From the NCBI GenBank assembly GCA_964016885.1, contig OZ024745.1:31186001-31250000 (forward strand): a stretch of DNA of 64,000 nucleotides. Direction: 5' to 3'. How positions within the stretch are numbered: the stretch's first letter is position 1; every line of letters starts with the position of its first letter. Positions 25,273-38,200 of the stretch are shown here, piece by piece. The notes below the pieces were generated by a model that saw nothing but the letters and a program-made list of their open reading frames with translations, had not been told where the DNA came from and ran no database searches. This DNA is from Eledone cirrhosa (lineage: Eukaryota). Made by a program: the position numbers and the translations under genes.

Positions 25273-25502
25273 CAGGGGCGGTGGAACGTAGAGAGGGCAT
25301 GCCACCCCGAATAATTTTATTTTTCTCCCCAAACTACCAAAACACATCTATTTGTATATGTGCTACAATTTATGTATATAATATGTTTATTGCATATCAA
25401 AGTTTTTTATATATTGGTTGATATTTAATAATAACAGCTAAACTAATCACTAAAACACTAAATTGACCGCCCTCCAACTCAAAAATGCTTCCACCGTCCC
25501 CA
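25273..25502. mobile_element. Small TIR element (MITE, possibly hAT)
   Basis: CAGGGGCGGTGGAA ... TTCCACCGTCCCC imperfect TIRs between (TA)n runs. Confidence 0.55.
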
Positions 25503-25527
25503 ATATATATATATATTTATATATATG

Positions 25528-26860
25528 TAGGAGGTGAGTTTTATTGTAGTACAATAAAGCAATGCAGATATCGGATAAGAAGCACTCTACAGCTAATATT
25601 CAATTCTTTATCATTTTAGAATCTTTTCTCAAAGGCACATATACATACACCTCTTTAAAATATACCCATCTTCCTACCTTACTTCAAAGGGCATTATACA
25701 CTCTATAATACTTGTTTACTCATTACCCTCATTCTATCTTCACCTTGTTAAATCCTTCATAACATATACATTTGTTTTTTTGACGTTAGAATATTCATCC
25801 GCAATTATTATTATTTTTTCTCTCTATCATAAAACTTTTTAATCTCAATTTCATCCTTAATTTATTATTTTTTTCTCCCCATCAACGAACTCATTCTTAA
25901 TACATATTAACTCTTTCTTCGCACATATTATCAACTCCTTCAATATACAAACCTTAACTTCACATTTTTCTCAAATCATCTAATACACAAACCTTAATAA
26001 TTTTTTAATACATATTAACTCTTTCTTCGCACATATTATCAATTCCTTCAATATACAAACTTTAACTTCACATTATCTTTCTCAAATCCTTCTACACACA
26101 AACCTTAATAATTTTTTCTCTTCGTTAATTTTGAAATTGTCACAATACTTATCAACATACACCTTTTTGACGTTAGAATATTCATCCGCAATTATTATTT
26201 TTTCTCTCTATCTTCATACATAAACTCCCTTTCTCTCCTCGTACATATTTTTCCCTTCGTTAATTTTCAAATTCTTTTAATTTATACATTATCTTCCAAC
26301 GGTTCTCAACCTCTCTATGTAAAACAATATATCTTTTCTCAGTTATAAAAACTATCTCTTTCTCTCTATCACCCATCTCTCCCACTCCACCTTCACTCTC
26401 ATCTCCTCCCCTTTTTTCATCCTTTCCACCCCCCCTCCCTAAATAAAATATTTTTTCCTCGTACATATTTTTCCCTTCGTTAATTTTCAAATTCTTTTAA
26501 TTTATACATTATCTTCCAACGGTTTTCAACCTCTCTATTAAAACAATATATCTTCTCTCAGTTATAAAAACTATCTCTTTCTCTCTATCACCCATCTCTC
26601 CCTCTCCACCTTCACTCTCATCCCCTTTTTCATCCTCCCTCTCTAAATAAAATATGTTTCCCAATATCACACATCAATCTAAAACCACTTTTCATATGTT
26701 GATTTAAAACTGCACTATCCACAAGTGTTTTTTAGCCTTCATATCATGTTCTCCTGTTTTATCTGATGAAAACACAAATATTATTGCATGATGATGTTTG
26801 TTTTTGAAATGCGCATAATAAAATACATGGAACTCCTTTAACCATCTTTTGATCTTATAT
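25528..26860 (+). mobile_element. AT-rich insertion with internal duplications and a 3' hammerhead (Penelope-like remnant)
   Basis: Bounded by (TA)n. Contains 220-bp (26241/26461) and ~107-bp tandem duplications, with a hammerhead followed by AATAAA near the 3' end. Confidence 0.5.
26755..26825 (+). ncRNA. Type I hammerhead ribozyme, canonical core
   Basis: tgttttat-CTGATGA-aaacacaaatatta(ttgcatga)tgatgtttgttttt-GAAA-tgcgca-TA-ataaaata. 8-bp stem I, long stem II, palindromic stem III, AUA triplet. Confidence 0.7.
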
Positions 26861-26862
26861 TA

Positions 26863-26906
<44 letters not shown>

Positions 26907-27280
26907 AGTAAATATGTTTTGAAACAGCGAACGAGTTTGAAATTAGAAAGAAGGTTTTAAGAAGGCTTGGTGGATAGGAGTAGTCCAGTAGAGTTGAGGT
27001 GAAGATAATGGAATTTGCCTACGAACGATAAACTCCCATGAAACTTAAAATTGTGTTTTAAAGTATCCTTGTTGTTGTTGAGTTCTGTATAGAATATACA
27101 TGTTCTCTACACAGATTGTTCATAGTCCTTCCTATCTAAAGCTAAGGAGATATCACTTGGAAATGAAGAATTTATTTCATGTACCATAAATTGAGTAAGG
27201 GACCACCTCAGATAATTTGATCCAGGTTTCCTTTGTGAAAGTACAACTTAGATAAAATGGTTAATATATATATATAGGAA

Positions 27281-27387
27281 AATGTTCAAGACCCCAGTGG
27301 CAGAACTCAAGCCGTTTCGACAGCTATTTCAGTCCAGAAATAGACGTCGAAACGGCTTGAGTTCTGCCGTCAGGGTCTTGAACATTC
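27281..27387. repeat. Imperfect ~50-bp-arm palindrome
   Basis: aatgttcaagaccc...ggcagaactcaagccgtttcgac / gtcgaaacggcttgagttctgcc...gggtcttgaacatt. Confidence 0.85.
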
Positions 27388-27459
27388 TCCTATTACCCAC
27401 TCTACTACCCAAAGTATTGAGTACTCTGGTACGTTATGGTCTTACAACACTTCCTTCGT

Positions 27460-27494
<35 letters not shown>

Positions 27495-28418
27495 GTATAT
27501 AGACATACCCCTCACATACACATATATATAGCATCATCATCATCATCATTTCACATTTGTTGTCCCTGCTGGCATGGGTTGAACTAGTCTTTATGGTCTG
27601 CAACAAGATATGGGCGGATAACCACATCTTGCTCAATATGGATCGTAGTATAAATAATCTAATTCACATGTGGTTACACAAACACACTATTAATAACTGT
27701 TTCAATAATCACTCATATTAAATTAGAAAAGTTCAAATAAAGTGTTCTACTTTTATTCTTAACCAAAATATATGTTTTCTTTGTAGTTGTTCAGCCTGTG
27801 ATTAGTTATGATTCAGTGGACCAAAGATAAATAGTTAATTAGAATTTCATTATCCAATGTGTTCTTTTTTTAAATGATAAAGTATGATGGGAAGGAGGAG
27901 ATTTGGCTGTTATTTCTAGTATGTCTATTTCTCAGTGAAACTTCCTTGTCTTAGTATTGATTGTAGTTTGTGATACATTGTGATCAAATTTGCTTTAATA
28001 AATAAAATTACATAAAAATAATAAAGAGTTTAATGTTTAGTCAAACATAAAGGAAAAGAAAGTAGCATTGTGAAAGACTATAAGTGAGAGGAAAAGGAGC
28101 GAAAGGGTAAGGGTTATAAAGCAATGAAAGAAAGGGGAAGGAGAGAGGGTGACAGACTCTACACCTAAATTGTGATAAATTGGCATTGGTTCGGTTTATT
28201 TTCAATTACAAAACCAAATAATCAATTAGATAATTTGTTATATCCTTGATAAAATTACAGAATAATTTTCATCAAAAGGTTATTCTTTTATTTTTAAAAA
28301 TCAGCATGAAAAGATAACGTTAAAAATAACTAAATAAATAAATAACAAATAAAATAAATAGACTATTTTATTGATGACAAATTTTTTTTTTTTTTGTGTT
28401 TTAGTTGCTTTTTAAAAA

Positions 28419-29141
28419 CCCTTTAGCATTTAAACTAGCCATATCTGGCCAGAATTCTCTCACCTCTTTCTGTTCAAACTGGCTGTAACTTGCTACTCAT
28501 ACTCATGTTAAGGTATTGTTCTCAAAATAAATAATATCAAAATCGCATAGATTCGATATTATTTGAGATAATTATCTACATTTATCTACTTTTTGATCTC
28601 CTAGGGCCCACATTAGGTGAAAAACTGCATTTTTTTTCAGCTTTTTAGGGGATTTTTGAGGCGTTACATCAGACCTATTTCCTTGAAATTGTAACTATGT
28701 ATTAGTCTCTTCTTTATACCGTGAGCAAAGAAAATCCAACTTTTTATTGGCCCAGGGCCCGCATTAGGTTAAAACTTCATTTTTTCAGGTTTTTAGGGCT
28801 TTTTTGAGGTGTTATGTCTAGCCGATGTTCCTGAAATTTCAAGGCATATTATGCACATAAAAAAAATTCATTTTCTTGATCCCCTAGGGCCCACATTAGG
28901 TGAAAACCTGCATTTTTCCTGCTTCATCGAGGGAAATCTTAAAGATTATCCAGCCATCAGAGTATTCAGTTTATTTTCTTTACACATTGTCCAGGCATAC
29001 AGTTTTTCCATGATTAGGTCTGTTGACGGCCCGCGTTCCAAAATACCTTATCCCGTGCAACGCCGGGTACCACTGCTAGTTTGAAATAAAGTGTTTACCA
29101 TGATATAATAGTAAATATAGAGTAATTTAAATGCTAAAGGG
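28419..29141. mobile_element. piggyBac-like MITE interrupted by a Helitron
   Basis: CCCTTTAGCATTTAAA left TIR and TTTAAATGCTAAAGGG-TTAA right TIR. Homology to the 10616 and 17032 copies breaks at 28574 and resumes at 29080. Confidence 0.8.
28575..29079 (+). mobile_element. Non-autonomous Helitron with three internal subrepeats
   Basis: A|TC...cccgtgcaacgccggg(hairpin)taccactgCTAG|T. The motif agggccc.cattaggt.aaaa occurs at about 28602, 28754 and 28886. Confidence 0.8.
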
Positions 29142-29252
29142 TTAAGCCATCATACCGAGATTTGATAATTTATGGTATCTCATGTGTTACTTTGCTATTT
29201 TAAGTTGAAATGATATTCGTAAGTAGACTTCTATTCTCTTCAATGAATTAAT

Positions 29253-32200
29253 GAAAGACTACTGTAGTAGTACACTGATATGAGAGAAAGACGATTGTAG
29301 TAATACAGTGAGATGAGAGAAAAACTATTGTAGAAGTATAGTGAGATGAGAGAAAGACTACTGTAGTAGTACAGTGAGATGAGAGAAAGACTACTGTAGT
29401 AGTACAGTGAGATGAGAGAAAAACTACTGTAATAGTAGAGTGAGATGAGAGAAAGACTATTGTAGTAGTACAGTGAGATGAGAGAAAGACTATTGTAGTA
29501 GTACAGTGAGATGAGAGAAAAACAACTGTAATATTAGAGTGAGATGAGAGAAAGACTATTGTAGTAGTACAGTGAGATGAGAGAAAGACTATTGTAGTAG
29601 TACAGTGAGATGAGAGAAAGACTATTATAGTAGTACAGTGAGATGAGAGAAAGACTATTGTAGTAGTACAGTTAGATGAGAGAAAGACTACTGTAGTAGT
29701 ACAGTGAGATGAGAGAAAGACTACTGTAGTAGTACAGTGAGATGAGAGAAAGACTATTGTAGTAGTACAGTGAGATGAGAGAAAGACTACTGTAGTAGTA
29801 CAGTGAGATGAGAGAAAGACTATTGTAGTAGTACAGTGAGATGAGAGAAAGACTACTGTAGTAGTACAGTGAGATGAGAGAAAGACTATTGTAGTAGTAC
29901 AGTGAGATGAGAGAAAGACTATTGTAGTAGTACAGTGAGATGAGAGAAAGACTATTGTAGTAGTACAGTGAGATGAGAGAAAGACTATTGTAGTAGTACA
30001 GTGAGATGAGAGAAAGACTACTGTAGTAGTACAGTGAGATGAGAGAAAGACTATTGTAGTAGTACAGTGAGATGAGAGAAAGACTATTGTAGTAGTACAG
30101 TGAGATGAGAGAAAAACTACTGTAGTAATGCAGTGAGATGAGAGAAAGACTACTGTAGTAATACACTAATATGAGGTAAAAACTATTGTAGTAGTACAGT
30201 GAGATGAGAGAAAGACTATTGTAGTAGTACAGTGAGATGAGAGAAAAACTACTGTAGTAATACACTAATATGAGGTAAAAACTATTGTAGTAGTACAGTG
30301 AGATGAGAGAAAGACTACTGTAGTAGTACACTAATATGAGGTAAAAACTACTGTAGTAGTACAGTGAGATGAGAGAAAGACTATTGTAGTAGTACAGTGA
30401 GATGAGAGAAAGACTATTGTAGTAGTACAGTGAGATGAGAGAAAAACTACTGTAATAGTAGAGTGAGATGAGAGAAAGACTATTGTAGTAGTACAGTGAG
30501 ATGAGAGAAAGACTATTGTAGTAGTACAGTGAGATGAGAGAAAAACTACTGTAATAGTAGAGTGAGATGAGAGAAAGACAATTGTAGTAGTACAGTGAGA
30601 TGAGAGAAAGACTATTGTAGTAGTACAGTGAGATGAGAGAAAGACTATTGTAGTAGTACAGTGAGATGAGAGAAAGACTACTGTAGTAGTACAGTGAGAT
30701 GAGAGAAAAACTACTGTAGTAATACACTAATATGAGGTAAAAACTATTGTAGTAGTACAGTGAGATGAGAGAAAAACTACTGTAGTAATACACTAATATG
30801 AGGTAAAATCTATTGTAGTAGTACAGTGAGATGAGAGAAAGACTATTGTAGTAGTACAGTGAGATGAGAGAAAAACTACTGTAGTAATACACTAATATGA
30901 GGTAAAAACTATTGTAGTAGTACAGTGAGATGAGAGAAAGACTACTGTAGTAGTACAGTGAGATGAGAGAAAGACTACTGTAGTAGTACAGTGAGATGAG
31001 AGAAAGACTACTGTAGTAGTACAGTGTGATGAGAGAAAGACTACTGTAGTAGTACAGTGAGATGAGAGAAAGACTACTGTAGTAGTACAGTGTGATGAGA
31101 GAAAGACTACTGTAGTAATACACTAATATGAGGTAAAAACTATTGTAGTAGTACAGTGAGATGAGAGAAAGACTACTGAAGTAGTACAGTGAGATGAGAG
31201 AAAGACTACTGTAGTAGTACAGTGTGATGAGAGAAAGACTACTGTAGTAATACACTAATATGAGGTAAAAACTATTGTAGTAGTACAGTGAGATGAGAGA
31301 AAGACTACTGTAGTAGTACAGTGAGATGAGAGAAAAACTACTGTAGTAATACACTAATATGAGGTAAAAACTATTGTAGTAGTATAGTGAGATGAGAGAA
31401 AAACTACTGTAGTAATAAACTAATATGAGGTAAAAACTACTGTAGTAGTACAGTGAGATGAGAGAAAGACTATTGTAGTAGTACAGTGAGATGAGAGAAA
31501 AACTACTGTAGTAATACACTAATATGAGGTAAAAACTATTGTAGTAGTACAGTGAGATGAGAGAAAGACTACTGTAGTAGTACAGTGAGATGAGAGAAAG
31601 ACTACTGTAGTAGTACAGTGAGATGAGAGAAAGACTACTGTAGTAGTACAGTGTGATGAGAGAAAGACTACTGTAGTAATACACTAATATGAGGTAAAAA
31701 CTATTGTAGTAGTACAGTGAGATGAGAGAAAGACTACTGTAGTAGTACAGTGAGATGAGAGAAAGACTACTGTAGTAGTACAGTGAGGTGAGAGAAAGAC
31801 TACTGTAGTAGTACAGTGAGATGAGAGAAAGACTACTGTAGTAGTACAGTGAGATGAGAGAAAGACTACTGTAGTAATACACTAATATGAGGTAAAAACT
31901 ATTGTAATAGTACAGTGAGATGAGAGAAAGACTACTGTAGTAGTACAGTGAGATGAGAGAAAGACTACTGTAGTAGTACAGTGAGATGAGAGAAAGACTA
32001 CTGTAGTAGTACAGTGAGATGAGAGAAAGACTACTGTAGTAGTACAGTGAGATGAGAGAAAGACTATTGTAGTAGTACAGTGAGATGAGAGAAAGACTAT
32101 TGTAGTAGTATAGTGAGATGAGAGAAAGACTATTGTAGTAATACACTAATATGAGGTAAAAACTACTGTAGTAGTACAGTGAGATGAGAGAAAGACTATT

Positions 32201-35200
32201 GTAGTAATACACTAATATGAGGTAAAAACTACTGTAGTAGTACAGTGAGATGAGAGAAAGACTATTGTAGTAGTACAGTGAGATGAGAGAAAAACTACTG
32301 TAGTAATACACTAATATGAGGTAAAAACTACTGTAGTAGTACAGTGAGATGAGAGAAAAACTACTGTAGTAATTTACTAATATGAGGTAAAAACTACTGT
32401 AGTAGTACAGTGAGATGAGAGAAAGACTATTGTAGTAGTACAGTGAGATGAGAGAAAGACTATTGTAATAATACACTAATATGAGGTAAAAACTACTGTA
32501 GTAGTACAGTGAGATGAGAGAAAGACTACTGTAGTAGTATAGTGAGATGAGAGAAAAACTACTGTAGTAATACACTAATATGAGGTAAAAACTATTGTAG
32601 TAGTACAGTGAGATGAGAGAAAAACTACTGTAATAGTACACTAATATGAGAGAAAGACTATTGTAGTAGTACACTAATATGAGGTAAAAACTATTGTAGT
32701 AGTACAGTGAGATGAGAGAAAAACTATTGTAGTAATACACTAATATGAGGTAAAAACTATTGTAGTAGTACAGTGAGATGAGAGAAAAACTACTGTAATA
32801 GTAGAGTGAGATGCGAGAAAGACTATTGTAGTAGTACAGTGAGATGAGAGAAAAACTACTGTAGTAATACACTAATATGAGGTAAAAACTATTGTAGTAG
32901 TATAGTGAGATGAGAGAAAAACTACTGTAGTAATACACTAATACGAGGTAAAAACTACTGTAGTAGTACAGTGAGATGAGAGAAAGACTATTGTAGTAGT
33001 ACAGTGAGATGAGAGAAAAACTACTGTAGTAATACACTAATATGAGGTAAAAACTATTGTAGTAGTACAGTGAGATGAGAGAAAGACTACTGTAGTAGTA
33101 CAGTGAGATGAGAGAAAGACTACTGTAGTAGTACAGTGAGATGAGAGAAAGACTACTGTAGTAGTACAGTGTGATGAGAGAAAGACTACTGTAGTAATAC
33201 ACTAATATGAGGTAAAAACTATTGTAGTAGTACAGTGAGATGAGAGAAAGACTACTGTAGTAGTACAGTGAGATGAGAGAAAGACTACTGTAGTAGTACA
33301 GTGAGATGAGAGAAAGACTACTGTAGTAGTACAGTGAGATGAGAGAAAGACTACTGTAGTAGTACAGTGAGATGAGAGAAAGACTACTGTAGTAATACAC
33401 TAATATGAGGTAAAAACTATTGTAGTAGTACAGTGAGATGAGAGAAAGACTACTGTAGTAGTACAGTGAGATGAGAGAAAGACTACTGTAGTAGTACAGT
33501 GAGATGAGAGAAAGACTACTGTAGTAGTACAGTGAGATGAGAGAAAGACTACTGTAGTAGTACAGTGAGATGAGAGAAAGACTATTGTAGTAGTATAGTG
33601 AGATGAGAGAAAGACTATTGTAGTAGTACACTAATATGAGGTAAAAACTATTGTAGTAGTATAGTGAGATGAGAGAAAAACTACTGTAGTAATACACTAA
33701 TATGAGGTAAAAACTACTGTAGTAGTACAGTGAGATGAGAGAAAGACTATTGTAGTAGTACAGTGAGATGAGAGAAAAACTACTGTAGTAATAAACTAAT
33801 ATGAGGTAAAAACTACTGTAGTAGTACAGTGAGATGAGAGAAAGACTACTGTAGTAGTATAGTGAGATGAGAGAAAAACTACTGTAGTAATACACTAATA
33901 TGAGGTAAAAACTATTGTAGTAGTACAGTGAGATGAGAGAAAAACTACTGTAATAGTACACTAATATGAGAGAAAGACTATTGTAGTAGTACACTAATAT
34001 GAGGTAAAAACTATTGTAGTAGTACAGTGAAATGAGAGAAAGACTATTGTAGTAGTACAGTGAGATGAGAGAAAAACTACTGTAGTAATACACTAATATG
34101 AGGTAAAAACTACTGTAGTAGTACAGTGAGATGAGAGAAAAACTACTGTAGTAATACACTAATATGAGGTAAAAACTACTGTAGTAGTACAGTGAGATGA
34201 GAGAAAGACTATTGTAGTAGTACAGTGAGATGAGAGAAAGACTATTGTAGTAGTACAGTGAGATGAGAGAAAGACTATTGTAGTAGTACAGTGAGATGAG
34301 AGAAAGACTATTGTAGTAGTACAGTGAGATGAGAGAAAGACTATTGTAGTAGTACAGTGAGATGAGAGAAAAACTACTGTAGTAATACACTAATATGAGG
34401 TAAAAACTATTGTAGTAGTACAGTGAGATGAGAGAAAGACTATTGTAGTAGTACAGTGAGATGAGAGAAAAACTACTGTAGTAATACACTAATACGAGGT
34501 AAAAACTACTGTAGTAGTACAGTGAGATGAGAGAAAGACTATTGTAGTAGTACAGTGAGATGAGAGAAAAACTACTGTAGTAATACACTAATATGAGGTA
34601 AAAACTATTGTAGTAGTACAGTGAGATGAGAGAAAGACTACTGTAGTAGTACAGTGAGATGAGAGAAAGACTACTGTAGTAGTACAGTGAGATGAGAGAA
34701 AGACTACTGTAGTAGTACAGTGTGATGAGAGAAAGACTACTGTAGTAATACACTAATATGAGGTAAAAACTATTGTAGTAGTACAGTGAGATGAGAGAAA
34801 GACTACTGTAGTAGTACAGTGAGATGAGAGAAAGACTACTGTAGTAGTACAGTGAGATGAGAGAAAGACTACTGTAGTAGTACAGTGAGATGAGAGAAAG
34901 ACTACTGTAGTAGTACAGTGAGATGAGAGAAAGACTATTGTAGTAGTATAGTGAGATGAGAGAAAGACTATTGTAGTAGTACACTAATATGAGGTAAAAA
35001 CTATTGTAGTAGTATAGTGAGATGAGAGAAAAACTACTGTAGTAATACACTAATATGAGGTAAAAACTACTGTAGTAGTACAGTGAGATGAGAGAAAGAC
35101 TATTGTAGTAGTACAGTGAGATGAGAGAAAAACTACTGTAGTAATAAACTAATATGAGGTAAAAACTACTGTAGTAGTACAGTGAGATGAGAGAAAGACT

Positions 35201-38200
35201 ACTGTAGTAGTATAGTGAGATGAGAGAAAAACTACTGTAGTAATACACTAATATGAGGTAAAAACTATTGTAGTAGTACAGTGAGATGAGAGAAAAACTA
35301 CTGTAATAGTACACTAATATGAGAGAAAGACTATTGTAGTAGTACACTAATATGAGGTAAAAACTATTGTAGTAGTACAGTGAAATGAGAGAAAGACTAT
35401 TGTAGTAGTACAGTGAGATGAGAGAAAAACTACTGTAGTAATACACTAATATGAGGTAAAAACTACTGTAGTAGTACAGTGAGATGAGAGAAAAACTACT
35501 GTAGTAATACACTAATATGAGGTAAAAACTACTGTAGTAGTACAGTGAGATGAGAGAAAGACTATTGTAGTAGTACAGTGAGATGAGAGAAAGACTATTG
35601 TAGTAGTACAGTGAGATGAGAGAAAGACTATTGTAGTAGTACAGTGAGATGAGAGAAAGACTATTGTAGTAGTACAGTGAGATGAGAGAAAAACTACTGT
35701 AGTAATACACTAATATGAGGTAAAAACTATTGTAGTAGTACAGTGAGATGAGAGAAAGACTATTGTAGTAGTACAGTGAGATGAGAGAAAGACTACTGTA
35801 GTAGTACAGTGAGATGAGAGAAAGACTATTGTAGTAGTACAGTGAGATGAGAGAAAGACTATTGTAGTAGTACAGTGAGATGAGAGAAAAACTACTGTAG
35901 TAATGCAGTGAGATGAGAGAAAGACTACTGTAGTAATACACTAATATGAGGTAAAAACTATTGTAGTAGTACAGTGAGATGAGAGAAAGACTATTGTAGT
36001 AGTACAGTGAGATGAGAGAAAAACTACTGTAGTAATACACTAATATGAGGTAAAAACTATTGTAGTAGTACAGTGAGATGAGAGAAAGACTACTGTAGTA
36101 GTACACTAATATGAGGTAAAAACTACTGTAGTAGTACAGTGAGATGAGAGAAAGACTATTGTAGTAGTACAGTGAGATGAGAGAAAGACTATTGTAGTAG
36201 TACAGTGAGATGAGAGAAAAACTACTGTAATAGTAGAGTGAGATGAGAGAAAGACTATTGTAGTAGTACAGTGAGATGAGAGAAAGACTATTGTAGTAGT
36301 ACAGTGAGATGAGAGAAAAACTACTGTAATAGTAGAGTGAGATGAGAGAAAGACAATTGTAGTAGTACAGTGAGATGAGAGAAAGACTATTGTAGTAGTA
36401 CAGTGAGATGAGAGAAAGACTATTGTAGTAGTACAGTGAGATGAGAGAAAGACTACTGTAGTAGTACAGTGAGATGAGAGAAAAACTACTGTAGTAATAC
36501 ACTAATATGAGGTAAAAACTATTGTAGTAGTACAGTGAGATGAGAGAAAAACTACTGTAGTAATACACTAATATGAGGTAAAATCTATTGTAGTAGTACA
36601 GTGAGATGAGAGAAAGACTATTGTAGTAGTACAGTGAGATGAGAGAAAAACTACTGTAGTAATACACTAATATGAGGTAAAAACTATTGTAGTAGTACAG
36701 TGAGATGAGAGAAAGACTACTGTAGTAGTACAGTGAGATGAGAGAAAGACTACTGTAGTAGTACAGTGAGATGAGAGAAAGACTACTGTAGTAGTACAGT
36801 GTGATGAGAGAAAGACTACTGTAGTAGTACAGTGAGATGAGAGAAAGACTACTGTAGTAGTACAGTGTGATGAGAGAAAGACTACTGTAGTAATACACTA
36901 ATATGAGGTAAAAACTATTGTAGTAGTACAGTGAGATGAGAGAAAGACTACTGTAGTAGTACAGTGAGATGAGAGAAAGACTACTGTAGTAGTACAGTGT
37001 GATGAGAGAAAGACTACTGTAGTAATACACTAATATGAGGTAAAAACTATTGTAGTAGTACAGTGAGATGAGAGAAAGACTACTGTAGTAGTACAGTGAG
37101 ATGAGAGAAAAACTACTGTAGTAATACACTAATATGAGGTAAAAACTATTGTAGTAGTATAGTGAGATGAGAGAAAAACTACTGTAGTAATAAACTAATA
37201 TGAGGTAAAAACTACTGTAGTAGTACAGTGAGATGAGAGAAAGACTATTGTAGTAGTACAGTGAGATGAGAGAAAAACTACTGTAGTAATACACTAATAT
37301 GAGGTAAAAACTATTGTAGTAGTACAGTGAGATGAGAGAAAGACTACTGTAGTAGTACAGTGAGATGAGAGAAAGACTACTGTAGTAGTACAGTGAGATG
37401 AGAGAAAGACTACTGTAGTAGTACAGTGTGATGAGAGAAAGACTACTGTAGTAATACACTAATATGAGGTAAAAACTATTGTAGTAGTACAGTGAGATGA
37501 GAGAAAGACTACTGTAGTAGTACAGTGAGATGAGAGAAAGACTACTGTAGTAGTACAGTGAGGTGAGAGAAAGACTACTGTAGTAGTACAGTGAGATGAG
37601 AGAAAGACTACTGTAGTAGTACAGTGAGATGAGAGAAAGACTACTGTAGTAATACACTAATATGAGGTAAAAACTATTGTAATAGTACAGTGAGATGAGA
37701 GAAAGACTACTGTAGTAGTACAGTGAGATGAGAGAAAGACTACTGTAGTAGTACAGTGAGATGAGAGAAAGACTACTGTAGTAGTACAGTGAGATGAGAG
37801 AAAGACTACTGTAGTAGTACAGTGAGATGAGAGAAAGACTATTGTAGTAGTACAGTGAGATGAGAGAAAGACTATTGTAGTAGTATAGTGAGATGAGAGA
37901 AAGACTATTGTAGTAATACACTAATATGAGGTAAAAACTACTGTAGTAGTACAGTGAGATGAGAGAAAGACTATTGTAGTAATACACTAATATGAGGTAA
38001 AAACTACTGTAGTAGTACAGTGAGATGAGAGAAAGACTATTGTAGTAGTACAGTGAGATGAGAGAAAAACTACTGTAGTAATACACTAATATGAGGTAAA
38101 AACTACTGTAGTAGTACAGTGAGATGAGAGAAAAACTACTGTAGTAATTTACTAATATGAGGTAAAAACTACTGTAGTAGTACAGTGAGATGAGAGAAAG

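Noticed and set aside
25560-25640. Another U3-A8 hammerhead on the minus strand (TTGAGAA...GAAT)
   Set aside because: The GAAA box and stems I/III are not intact. It is too degenerate to call.
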